From Takakia lepidozioides (taxonomy: Eukaryota; Plantae; Bryophyta): a stretch of DNA of 64,000 nucleotides. This document shows, piece after piece, positions 10,599 through 22,364 of the stretch (the stretch's first letter is position 1; every line of letters starts with the position of its first letter). The stretch is taken from the NCBI GenBank assembly GCA_030704615.1, contig CM060734.1, positions 1,426,001 through 1,490,000 on the forward strand. The letters are read 5' to 3'. The notes under the pieces are model-generated. The model was not told the origin of the DNA. It was given only the letters and a program-made list of their open reading frames with translations, and did not search any database. The position numbers and the translations under genes are program-made.

Positions 10599-11784
10599 TG
10601 TCACGCGGCTTTTACTCACCCATCCCTTCGCTATCCGAGGCGGAAACTCCAAGATAGAAGAGTTGGAAATCTCTAAGTACTCAGCCCGCTCAGAACAGTC
10701 AGTCATGACCTACAGCTAGTGTATCATGGGGGTGTTTCCTATTTGTTTTCCTTCCCGCATTTATGTTAGCTAGTTACCTTACTGCTGGTAATTAAGTATC
10801 AGTTTGCTTCATCAATTTATCGGATTCCATCAACTCATCCATTCATTCCACAGCTTCACTCAGATCACTCTACACAGTGTGAGTATGAAGTGTGTATCAG
10901 ATTAATATCTATCAAGTATCAGGCTGAAGCCATGGAGTCTCTAATCTGCTCTACATTACAATTCTACTGCCTGCATTCATTAAGCATCAATAGATCCTCC
11001 TCCTACTCCGTGCTCTCCATCTTTCTGCTCAGAGATACGCTCTCTCCTCCTTTCCCCCAGTGATGTCCGAAGTCTCCCCCAAGAAGTGCTCCTCCCACTC
11101 CTTCCAGCAGTGATTCCCCCCCCCCGAAGTGCTCCAAGAATCATCCCTCTTTCAGTCCTTGCTTCTAGCTTTATCTTCCTACCCGTTGTTCTAACCGTTT
11201 CCCTCACTAACCGTCGTCCGTGAACTAACATGTTCCATTCGCAGGTGTTGTTCCCCACAGTCGTTCCCTGTCCTGCTATCCGTTCCCTATGGTCGTGACA
11301 GCTGCGTCAAGCTGTGACTGGTTGTGTGAAACTGTGACCAGCTGTGACCGGCTGTGTCGGGCTGTGACTGGCTGTGCGACTGTGTTTGGCTGTGTCGGAC
11401 TGTGACTGGCTGTGTGGCTGTGTCGGCTGTGACGGGCTGTGTTGGCTGTGATGGGCTGTGTCGGGCTGTGACGAGCTGTGTTGACTGTGTCTGGCTGTGT
11501 CGGCTGTGTCGGCTGTGACGGGCTGTGTTGGCTGTGACGAGTTGTGTTGACTGTGTCTGGCTGTGTCGGCTGTGTTGGCTGTGACGAGCTGTGTCGGGCT
11601 GTGACGAGCTGTGTTGACTGTGTCTGGCTGTGTCGGCTGTGTTGGCTGTGACGGGCTGAGTAACCCCCCCCCTAAAGTGCGCTGTTGTCACCCCTAAGGC
11701 TCCTGTTGGTCTCAGTTTGTGCAAAAATTAAGGGTACTCCACAGATCCCGTATAAGTGTCCAAGTCCCAGACAGTCCTCTAACA
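10599..11784 (-). repeat. 3' LTR (1186 bp, TG...CA) with internal CACAGC-type tandem repeats at ~11290-11660
   Basis: Minus strand reads TGTTAGAGGAC...CCGCGTGACA, the reverse complement of LTR 55420-56630 apart from scattered differences. Confidence 0.95.
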
Positions 11785-11801
11785 TTACCCCTTCCCCTCT
11801 C
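11785..11801 (-). promoter_or_regulatory. Polypurine tract
   Basis: GAGAGGGGAAGGGGTAA immediately 5' of the LTR on the minus strand. Confidence 0.9.
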
Positions 11802-11815
11802 AAAAAGCTGTGTCA

Positions 11816-14722
11816 TCACGGTTTACTGATTGGGATTAGCAAACCTTTGTGATCGAGCACCTTTCTGACGTTGACAGTTTCGTGGCGACTGTGTGTACGA
11901 GCCCGAGGTCTGTCACTGGTTGACGGAGATGATTGAACACTACCTGGATATGTGAGGCCCTCTGGAGGCTGATATCGAGGTAACCTTTCAGGCATAGGAG
12001 ACCCCCGTCGCTTCTTTTCTGCCATCTGAATTGCATAGTCTTCTCCCATGTCAAAAGAGTCCGCTGAAGAAACAGTTGTATCAGAACCCTCATCGCCTCT
12101 CAGGTGTTTTAATTGTCGAACTTTTTGTGGAATCCTCTAGGGCATACAATGTTGTCCTACCATGTCTGGAAGTTTATATTTTAAAACTTGCTGTAAACGC
12201 TGAATAGCAAAATTGGTGAAGACCCTGAGCTCCTTTTCTGTCCAGGTGAGTGGGGTACCAATGACTTGTGAATTGTGCAAGTATTTCCATGCCACATGTC
12301 CCTTATAGAAAATATCAACAATGCCAAATTTCTGTGTTGACAAATTGTTCCAGGCCGCATGAAACCATGAACGAATTTGAGAATCATTTTGTATCATAAC
12401 TTTTGCCTCATATAGGTACATATGAGGTGGCACTGAAGGTAAGACCCAATGATCCCCACTGGAATAACTCAGAAAGCGCGATTGCATCTTGTGCTGCTCA
12501 ATGTGATAACGTACCATAAAACAAGCAGCGTAGTATAACCCGCATCCCATGACAATACTTGCTACCTCCTTGGTCTTGGTATAAATGAATCCATGTACAA
12601 CTTGGAAAGCAATTAATTCCTTCAACATGGTACCTGCCTCATGCCAGTACTGTGCAAAGTGATGATCCTCAATTGGTCAATTGTTCGGAAGAACTTTAGT
12701 CCTAGTTGCCACCGGCAGCCATATGCGCATGATTTGATAGTAATGTGCGAATGACTGCGGAGGACTAAATTCTTTCCAAACCAAATCCAACACAATGGGA
12801 ATTTGGTTGAAGGGCATAATCATAGCCCTACTGTACTCCCTTGCAGCTGGAGTTTTAGGTGGGTTAAAAGCAGCATTGCCCCATACGTCAGGCTGTGGTG
12901 GCTGTGGTGTTGCTGTAGTAACAACAGGGTCAGCTACTGGCACAGTGACTTGTTGTGGTGTTGGTGGCACTGGCTCTTGTATCATTGGCATCTCCTGCAC
13001 CTGCTATGAAGAAGATTGAAAAGCCAAAGTTCTGGCTTGTAAATAAGAAGCCATTAGCTGTTCCTCAGGTATATAGACTCTTTTGTCGATATCTGAAGTT
13101 AGGTCCTCCACTTGAGTCTGCAGTCCGTCTACATCCTCCTGTAACTCCGTTATCCTACTATAGACATTGTGTATAGTAGTTGTGGCAATGTTCTGCACTT
13201 GCAGTCTGAGCTCATTCATCTCGCTTTGGGTGAGCTTTCGTGGTGCTTTGCCCTCCACTGGCCCTTGTGCTAACCAGACCTGCATAAGGTGGTTATCCAC
13301 CAAGTTGCTTGTGGTTCCTCTGAGAGTGTGCTCCTCTCTGAGTTTGTACACATGTAACTGCTGTTGTAAAGCCTCCATGCGCTTTGCATGAGGTTCAACC
13401 AAATTCGCATAAGCAGCAAGCAGATTATTGGCTTCCTTCCAAGCCTTGTTAGTGACCGAGATTTCATTTCTATTGGCCATGACCGTTTGTTGCAACTCCA
13501 GGATGTGCCTCTCTTGGTCAGCTTCAACCTGCCTGTATTGCTTGAAAGTATCCTCATTACGACAGATTGTATTCTTCATATCGTCAATGAGTTTCATTTG
13601 CTCACATTCTCTTCTTCTGCCTTCGTACATATTTTCCGCTTGACTGTTTATTTCTTTTGTAGATTGATCAAGCATAGTTGTGAGTGTAGCACATTGTATG
13701 GCCATCCTGTCATGCACTGTCTGCAACTCCATATGTAGTGCATTCACTTCTTGCAACTTGCTTTCATGCTTCACCTGCATTTGGTATAGCTGTTGATTAT
13801 GTGCTTCGTGCAAGTGTTCTTGTGCGAGGCCTGCCTCAATCAATTGTTCCTTGGCCAATTGCAAAGCCGCTTCTGTACTCTCCAAGTTTTTGCTGCATTT
13901 TGAGAGTGACCTCTTCATCGACCTTGTTTGCACACTCTGTGGCAAGTCGAGCCTCAAACTCTTTCCTGAGTTCCTCCCTCAAAGCTGCCAATTGAGTAGT
14001 GGGAACATGGGATTTGACATAAGTACCCAACAAATTCAGTGTCCTGCTTATGGAACTCATAAGCATAGCCTGTTGAGGGTCATCATGGTGAGCTTACTGC
14101 TATTCTCCCTAATCCTCAACAGTGTGATGCCTTACGAACCATTCAGGCCATTGCCCCACCAGATTTTCTTCCTGAACCACTTCATCCGTCACTGGTGCTG
14201 CAGTGTCTTGGCATTCTACCTGTGGTACCTCCGTCACAGGTGTGTGTATTATATGCGCCGCAGGGTTTCCCTTGGACAACCGTTGCACCTCCGGAATCAC
14301 TGTGTCCTTGACTATACCAGAATATTCATAGAGAAGGTCCCCCTTCTCAATTTCTGCCACCACCTGTTCTGTAGTGGGAATATCTAACCCTTCTTTTTCT
14401 AAATCAATTATTTCTGGTTGAACTGCATGGACAACTTGTGGTAACCTTGTGACAAGCCGATCCTCTGGCTGTGATGGCTGTGATACTGAAGTAACTTCCT
14501 CTTCCCTCCCTGAAGGTCCTGCTTCCAGTAATAGCAGTTCTCTGTGCTGCTGTGCCCCTTCCTGCACAAAAACTTGGGAAACATTATCATGCGGATTCCG
14601 TGAAGCCAATGGATCCGCCACTACAGTCTTTCCCCGCCTCTGTCTCTTATTCTCGGGTTGCCCTGCCAGTCCACCCTCACTGTGTGAAGAGCCTTGCTCT
14701 TCCATTGCAGTGGTTTCTGGCT
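11816..14722 (-). pseudogene. C-terminal portion of the Gypsy accessory ORF (acidic linker, coiled coil, Pro-rich linker, unknown globular domain)
   Basis: ORFs 14109-14722, 13836-14066, 13004-13957, 12677-13000, 12137-12628 and 11816-12049 chain through in-frame stops plus one frameshift near 13890; the sibling copy reads through the stops near 14100 (ENQGDHQQVSH). Confidence 0.7.
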
Positions 14723-14727
14723 CAAAC

Positions 14728-15453
14728 TGTCGCGGCCCTTTGTCTTGAGGGCAGGGAGGTCGGGACACAAGAGGGGCTGCCCTTGTGGTGGGGGCAGTAG
14801 CAGCGATAGGTACGGGGGCTGAAGCACCCTTGAGTGCCCAAGGCACTCAAGGAGGCGGAGGCGCTCACTAGGTGGAGCCCCGCACACCGGGTTGCGGTGG
14901 GGGTGGCTCCACAAGGGGTGGTGGTAGCTTAGTGGGACTTAGTGGGGGTGGCATAGGACTCACCATGGGGGTGGAGACCTCGTGGTGGGAGTCGTGGGGA
15001 GTCTTGGGACTCATCACGGTCCATAGGGGCCGTGGTGAGCGGGCCAAAACTCACCGCGACTCACCACCGGGAATCGAGGGTCTTCGTGGTGGTTCGCCAT
15101 AAAATGGCATGGCTGGTTGTGAAACCCCCGCGGACAGCTACAGAAGTATATATAGGGAGTAGTTACCCCGAGAACGGTGCAAGCCCGTTGGTGACCAAAA
15201 ACTAGTGAGTAAGCGAGCGAGCCGGAAAGCGACCAAAGAGTGGGGAGCTGTTCCGGACTGCCATCTACCAAAGGGAATTCTCCTAGTCCCAATTAGGTGG
15301 AGGGTTTTAGAGGGAAGCGAAGGGGGACCGTTATGTCCCGGTGAGCAGCTGAAGCTCCAAGTTGGCCCGGCGGCCAGGTTGGGAGTCAGGCGCGCGCATC
15401 AAAGCGAGTAACTATGACTTGAAGGGGAGTTTACCGAAGTGAGGTGCGCGACA
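14728..15453 (+). repeat. Chromovirus 5' LTR (726 bp)
   Basis: TGTCGCGGCCC...GGTGCGCGACA; TATA-like TATATATAG near 15148. Confidence 0.97.
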
Positions 15454-15455
15454 TT

Positions 15456-15467
15456 TGGTATCAGAGC
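15456..15467 (+). promoter_or_regulatory. Primer-binding site (tRNA-iMet)
   Basis: TGGTATCAGAGC two bases after the LTR. Confidence 0.95.
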
Positions 15468-15496
15468 TTAGGATCGTCCTTGGGATTGGCCTCATC

Positions 15497-18400
15497 ATGG
15501 GGTCGGGCAAGCCGAAGCAAAAGCGGAACGGCCCAAAAGATGATGATCCCGGTGAGCCCGATGGGGGCGACGTGTCACCGAGGCGGCCGTTTGAGGAAGC
15601 GATGCATGTTTCCGAAAACGAGGCCGCCCAAGAGCGGGAGGAATCCGAGGAGTCGGAGCCCGAGGAATCCTTGAGAGCTCCGAGAAACCAAGTGATGCCT
15701 CCCATGCCGGCAGCCTTTTGGGAAGGGTTGTTGGCGCAGTTTGGCGGGACGTTGAAAGACGTGTTGAAGGTGACTAATGCCACTTCCGCTAAGGCAAAGT
15801 TTAAGGTGAAGCCTAAGGAACCCAGCACCTTCGAGGGCATCCGAAATCGGAAGGCACTCAACACCTGGCTCTTGGAGCTAGAGCAGTACTTCCGGGCGGC
15901 CAAGTTGAGTGACGAGGATCGGGTGGAAGTGGCTCCCACCTATTTGAGGGGCTATGCTCAACAATGGTGGCAGAAACGCCTTCACGACCCAGGTCCAAGC
16001 CCGGAAACCTTGAACTGGAGTGGGTTCAAGGAATTGATGAAGAGACAGTTTGTGCCCCTCAACGCGTCCTGGCTCGCCCGGGACAAGATGAGGAATTTGA
16101 AGCAAACAGATGACATTCGGGGGTATGTCCAGGCTTTCAATGTGTTGTTGCTCGAAGTCGCGGACATGGCAAAACCAGAAATGGTCTTCAACTTTGTGGC
16201 GGGACTGGCCCCGTGGGCCAGGCGGAAGTTGGAGGAGAAGCCACCAAGACTTTGAACGAGGCAATTGAGAGGGCTGAATGTTTCTCGGATGTCCCTAGGG
16301 GTGAAAGACAAGGCCGTACGGAGCTGAACCACAAGAAGATTCGGCGGGAAGGTGACTCCTTCCGACCGGAAAAGAAGTGGGATAGGCCACGCGGCGAAAA
16401 TGGCACGTGGAAATCAAAGGGAGGGCCTTCACACGTCAAGGCGGCACCCGGTGCTCCGAAAGGAAAGGCGGGTGGAGCGGCTTATGGCGGACATAAGGCG
16501 ACCTTTGATGGAGTGTGTTTCAATTGCGGGGAGCCCGGGCACATGGCCAAGAAGTGCACGAAGCCCCGGCAATTGAACATGACTCGGGCGACCACGGAGC
16601 TGTCGGAAGATACCATCAGTCGCTTGGTGGAAGCGGTGGTCGCCAGGACTTGCAAGGTAGGCAAATTTTCTTGTGAGTTGTATCAGGAAACTGGCGCCTT
16701 ACGAAAAGGGAGTCAGTTATTGTTCGTGGATGGGATAATATCCGGAACTAATGTGTCGTTGTTGGTGGACACAGGAGTGTCGCACTCCTTCATGACACCG
16801 GCAACGGCACAAAAGCTGGGACTCCCGACAAGTGACGTGGGGGCCTCTATTGAGGTGCGTTTTGCCAAAGGAGAACCACAGTTGGCGATAAGGTTGGCGA
16901 TTGATGTTCCTCTTCAACTGGGGAGTTGGGAGGGACGTGAGAACTTCACCATCTGCGAGATCGATGGAGTAGATCTCATTTTAGGGATGACCTTTTTGAG
17001 CAAATCCGGAGCGGTCATAGATGGCCGCAAGAGAGTAGTCACGCTGCCATGTGGGAATGGTGGCGAGGTCTTACAAGTGTCGGAAACGCCCAAATCCGTG
17101 GGAGGGCGAATAAACCTTCTGTCAGCAAGGGAGTGGGCCGTGGAGGAGGCACACGAACCCCAATTCTTGCTTTACATTAGAGAAGTGAAGGGAGAAGGCG
17201 ATGGGGAGCCGAGCCCAGATTGGATCAAGGGGATTTTGGAAAAATACCAGGATGTAATGCCGGAGGATTTACCAAGCGGCTTGCCACCGCGAAGAGGAGT
17301 TGACCACAAGATTGAGGTGATACCGGGATCGGAACCGCCTGCCAAGGCGCCCTACCGGTTGAGCCACAGAGAGTTGGTCAAGCTGAAGACTCAGCTCAAG
17401 GATCTAATGTCAAAGGGGTACATCCGGCCGAGTAAGTCACCTTACGGAGCCCCGGTGCTATTTGCAGACAAGAAGGATGGGACGCTGCGGATGTGTGTCG
17501 ATTACAGGGCTCTGAATAAGGTGACTATCAAAAACCGGTACCCTTTGCCAAGGATCGACGACCTCTTCGATCGGTTGGCAGGAGCGAAGTATTTCAGCCG
17601 GATCGACTTGCGCTCCGGCTATCACCAAATTCGGGTGGCGGAAGGAGATGAGGAGAAGACCGCGTGCAGGACAAGGTATGGTTCATATGAGTTCTTGGTG
17701 ATGCCTTTTGGGCTCACCAATGCACCAGCAACATTTAGCACGCTGATGAACAGCCTTTTCCAGGAGTGGTTGGATGACTTTGTGATCGTGTACATCGACG
17801 ACATCTTGGTGTACTCGAAAACAAAGGAGGAGCACCTGGAGCACCTCAAAAGGGTGTTCCAAAAATTGCGAGAAGGGAAGCTGTATGCCAAAGCTTCAAA
17901 GTGCGAATTCGGGTCACAAAAGTGGAGTTCCTAGGGCATGTGATTACACAGGATGGGATCAAAATGGATGACAGAAAGGTGAGGGCGATCTTGGACTGGG
18001 AGCCTCCGACTTCGGTCCCGGGAGTGCGATCCTTCCTAGGACTCGCCTCCTATTACCGGAAGTATGTGAGAAATTTCGCCAAGATCGCGGGGCCGCTGTC
18101 GGACCTTCTGTGTAAATCCAAAGTCTGGGTATGGAACACATTTTGTGGCCAAGCTTTTGCTGAATTGAAGCAGTGGATGACGGAAGCTCCAGTCTTGAAG
18201 TTCCCGGAGTTCGATCGTCCGTTTGAGATTCATACAGATGCATCGGACTTCGCGATTGGGGGTGTTCTTATGCAAGATGGACGTCCAGTGGCTTACGAAA
18301 GTAAGAAACTAAATGAAGTGGAGCGACGGTGGCCGACGCACGAAAAAGAGATGAAGGCGGTGGTGCATTGCCTTGAGCTCTGGCGCCACTATGTTGGTTC

Positions 18401-20055
18401 CAACCCAGTGAAGGTGTTCACGGACAATGTCACGGTAAAGTATTTTGCCACGCAGCCCAAGTTGTCCCCAAAACAACTTAGGTGGCAAGATACTTTGGCA
18501 GTGTTCGACGTGGATATCCAGTACAAACCGGGACGGGACAATGTGGTGGCCGATGCTTTAAGTAGAAAGCAGCAGCTCTTGTTGGTGTACAAGGGCGAGA
18601 CGGCGCTCCAAAGGAAGATCCGGAAGGCTTGCCGGAAGGATGAGCTGGCAAAGTCCGTGATACAGGACTTGAGAATGGGGGTTAAATCGCAGTTCCACTT
18701 GCAAAATGGACTGCTCCGGTATAAGCAAAAACGTCTCTACGTGCCAAAGGGAGGGATCAGAGATAGCCTCTTGAGAGAATGCCATGATAGCCCGCTTGCG
18801 GGCCACGGCGGAGCCAAGCGCACTGCGGCACTCTTGAAGAAAGAGTATTTCTGGCCCAAACTGAGGAGGAGGCAGAGGAGTATGTCAAGACATGCACCAC
18901 ATGCCAACAAAACCGGAGCGAGTACAAAAAGCAAGCGGGGCTGTTACAACCCTTGCCGATTCCAGAGGGGACTTGGGAAAGCGTCTCGATGGATTTCATG
19001 ACTGCTATGCCGCTGTCAAAAGGATTCGATGCAATCATGGTGGTGGTAGATAGGTTCAGTAAAATGGGCCATTTCATCCCCACCAAGGAGACGGCAACGG
19101 CGCAGGAGACAGGGCGACTTTACTTCGCCCACGTCTTAAAGCATCATGGAGTCCCGAAGGATATTGTCTCGGATCGCGATCCAAATTTACGAGTAAATTT
19201 TGGAGGACACTTTGGAAGAAGATGGGGACGAGGCTGAAGATGAGCACCGCCTTCCGACCTACGACGGACGGCCAAACGGAAAGAGTGAATTCCGTAGTGA
19301 AGCAATTCTTGCGGAATTACGTGTCGGCAGACCAATCAGACTGGATGGAACACTTAGACGCGGCAGAGTTCTGTTATAATAACACAGAACACTCCGCAAC
19401 GGGAGTTTTCCCTTTCGTGTTGGTCTATGGAAAAGCACCTCTGGTGCCGACAAGTTGGGCCGCCCAAGACGTTGAGGAACCGGCAGTAGCGGCGGTACTA
19501 GAAGAACGCGAGCGTTTGTTGAAGCTCGCAAAGTACAATATTGCCAAAGCTAGGAAACGGTATGAAAGGCAGGCAAATCGGAAGCGGAGGGAAGTGAAGT
19601 TTGAGGCAGGCACAGAGGTCTGGTTGAACATCAAGAATTTCCGACTACCTCCGGAAGTGAGTCCGAAGTTCGTACCTCCGTATGCGGGACCCTTTCGCAT
19701 TCGGAAGGTTATGAATGAGGATGTGTATGAATTGGAGCTGCCGGCAAACAGCAAGGTGCACCCAGTATTCCATGTCTCCCTTTTGAAGCCTTACTTCAAA
19801 GATGAAGCGCGTCCGAATCGGCATCAAGTGTTGCGTCCGCCACCTATGCTGTTGGATCATGAAAATGAACCTGAGTACGAGGTGGAGGCAATACTTAAGT
19901 CGAGGAGGTTCAGGAACCGAGAAACGGAGTATCTCGTCAAATGGAAGGGCTATCATCACGTGGAGGCATCTTGGGTGCGTGCCTCAGAAATGGGAAACGC
20001 ATCCGAGGCGGTTGCAACTTTCGAAGGGCGACCTCAAAAGCGGAAGAAGCGTTGA
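15497..20055 (+). CDS. Chromovirus gag-pol polyprotein (four 1-bp frameshifts as assembled)
   Basis: Gag EPSTFEG...WLLELEQYF, zinc knuckle [14 protein letters not shown], protease [16 protein letters not shown], RNase [14 protein letters not shown], integrase SMDF...VSDRD...DGQTERVN, chromodomain YEVEAIL...YLVKWKGY...SW. Confidence 0.95.
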
Positions 20056-20959
20056 TGGGGACATCAACCTTGGAGCGTGGGGGAGGAAATGCATGCTTAG
20101 CCCGGTTTAGTTAGCTCAGGAATCCAATTGCAAAAACTTGTATTGTACAAAAATTTGTTATAAAGGAAATGGTTCCAAATATTGTGCGTCCTATTGTGTT
20201 TGGAATGGTGATGCATGGTGTGGTTGGCTAGTGTGTAGAATGCATGCTAGCTTACAAAAGTGGGAGAGGTAAATTGGGTTAATCGTGTGTTTGCGCAGTG
20301 CCGAAATCGGGTGACTCCCATCCAAGGGGCAAGGAAACTTGCGCCTTCTTTGGGAGTTCACGTGCTAGTGCGCACCTGGCGCGTGCGCGTACTATAACTG
20401 CGCTACCGAGGGGTTGCCTTGTAGTGCGGGCTAACGCGGAAGCTACGTGCTTCCGTTCACGTACTATAATCGTGTAGCCTTGGGACGAAGTCGTAGTGCG
20501 GCTTCGGCATGTTCCCGTACCTCAGGCCAGCATTCCAAGGCGGACCCAATTGTAGTGATTGGGGCGCACGGTTGGTTCAAGGTTATCTTCCTAGTCAAAG
20601 AGGGTTCCAGGTGAACCCATGCTCAAGGTGATGCCAAAAGCGGCATCATGAGCGATCGCAAGCAATGTTGTTGCAGTAAGGCGATTCGATCCTCGGGGAA
20701 GATCGTTGCTTGGCCTTGAAGTAGGCCAAGAAGAGTGCACTGGGAGGAGCTGGAGAGGCTCCACCCTTGGCCGGGACTTGGAGGAAGTCGGCCGAACTAG
20801 CTAGTGGAGAGTAGAGTCAAGTGTGGGGTTTGGTTCTTTGCCATGGGACGCCATGGTACGGAAACAAACTCCTTGATGTGGGACGCCACAACTTGGATGT
20901 TCGTTTCTACAAAATGGACAAGTCGATGAGGACATCGACTCCCTGTTGGTAGGGGTGTG

Positions 20960-21682
20960 TGTCGCGGCCCTTTGCCTTGAGGGCAGGGAGGTCGGGACAC
21001 AAGAGGGGCTGCCCTTGTGGTGGGGGCAGTAGCAGCGATAGGTACGGGGGCTGAAGCACCCTTGAGTGCCCAAGGCACTCAAGGAGGCGGAGGCGCTCAC
21101 TAGGTGGAGCCCCGCACACCGGGTTGCGGTGGGGGTGGCTCCACAAGGGGTGGTGGTAGCTTAGTGGGACTTAGTGGGGGTGGCATAGGACTCACCATGG
21201 GGGTGGAGACCTCGTGGTGGGAGTCGTGGGAGTCTTGGGACTCATCACGGTCCATAGGGCCGTGGTGAGCGGGCCAAGACTCACCGCGACTCACCACCGG
21301 GAATCGAGGGTCTTCGTGGTGGTTCGCCATAAAATGGCATGGCTGGTTGTGAAACCCCCGCGGACAGCTACAGAAGTATATATAGGGAGTAGTAACCCGA
21401 GAACGGTGCAAGCCCGTTGGTGACCAAAAACTAGTGAGTAAGCGAGCGAGCCGGAAAGCGACCAAAGAGTGGGGAGCTGTTCCGGACTGCCATCTACCAA
21501 AGGGAATTCTCCTAGTCCCAATTAGGTGGAGGGTTTTAGAGGGAAGCGAAGGGGGACCGTTATGTCCCGGTGAGCAACCAAAGCTCCAAGTTGGCCCGGC
21601 AGCCAGGTTGGGAGTCAGGCGCGCGCATCAAAGCGAGTAACTATGACTTGAAGGGGAGTTTACCAAAGTGAGGTGCGCGACA
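20960..21682 (+). repeat. Chromovirus 3' LTR (723 bp)
   Basis: Near-identical to 14728-15453; preceded by a short purine run GGTAGGGG. Confidence 0.97.
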
Positions 21683-22340
21683 CAAACACTCCCATCTCCT
21701 TTCTTTCTCGCGCATCAAGTATGCCAGAATCAAGAATTATTTGAGCAATGATTGGGCCAGACACTATGATAGGAGACTTTGCGGCAGTACCCTGTAATCT
21801 TTTCATCTCCTCTACCAGTGCGTTGTACATTATGTCCGCCCATTCTACCTCTTCTCCTCTCAGGGCTTTGAGTATTTCCTCTGTGAAGGATCTGCTCAAA
21901 TACTGTTGGTTCTGTTTCATGGCAAACAGAACGTTCAATACCTGGCCTACCTCCTTTAGCCCTGGGTACACGGCCTTGGTACAGGCATAACCCTGAGTTT
22001 TAAAGAAACTCCCTTCTTGGAATAAGTCCCCTATTTGCAGTCTTGCCCTGTGCTCCTCCACATGCACCTGGCCTGCTGGCAATCGAAACAATTGCTGGAG
22101 GTATAGGGGAGTAATTACTAATTCAACTCCCTTCACCGTTGTTGCTCCTGTCTTTGGCTCAAAGTTCTGCAAGAATTGTAACATGTACTGTCTATGGTGC
22201 AATGTCCAATCTTTGCTTTGCAATCCTTGCAATCTCAGCTCCTTCAGTATCTGTATCGCCTGTGGGGTAGCAATCGTTTGTTTCTGCAGAATTGTGGTGC
22301 TCTTCACCCTGATTTCCTCCATTCCTCTCACTCTCTTCAT
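21683..22340 (-). pseudogene. N-terminal domain of the Gypsy accessory ORF (weak resemblance to ATHILA ORF1/Transposase_32-type domains)
   Basis: MKRVRGMEEIRVKS...KEMGVF joins in frame to EPETTAMEEQ at 14722 once the chromovirus and one TSD copy are removed; conserved in copies 26105-26818 and 37854-38237. Confidence 0.7.
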
Positions 22341-22364
22341 TCTAGACCCACAGAAATGTTTTGG

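Larger units (their letters stand above)
14728..21682 (+). mobile_element. Full-length Ty3/Gypsy chromovirus (Galadriel-like), 6955 bp
   Basis: Two near-identical TG...CA LTRs, 5-bp TSD CAAAC (14723-14727 and 21683-21687), Met PBS and gag-PR-RT-RH-IN-chromodomain. The lineage call rests on the gag and RH motifs. Confidence 0.97.

Noticed and set aside
11287-11724. His/Ser/Gln-rich ORFs here and at 55480-55938 and 62555-62898
   Set aside because: Translations of the LTR tandem repeat.
16213-16260. Programmed gag-pol frameshift in the chromovirus
   Set aside because: The shift is in mid-gag before the zinc knuckle, has no slippery heptamer, and resembles the other three 1-bp homopolymer losses.
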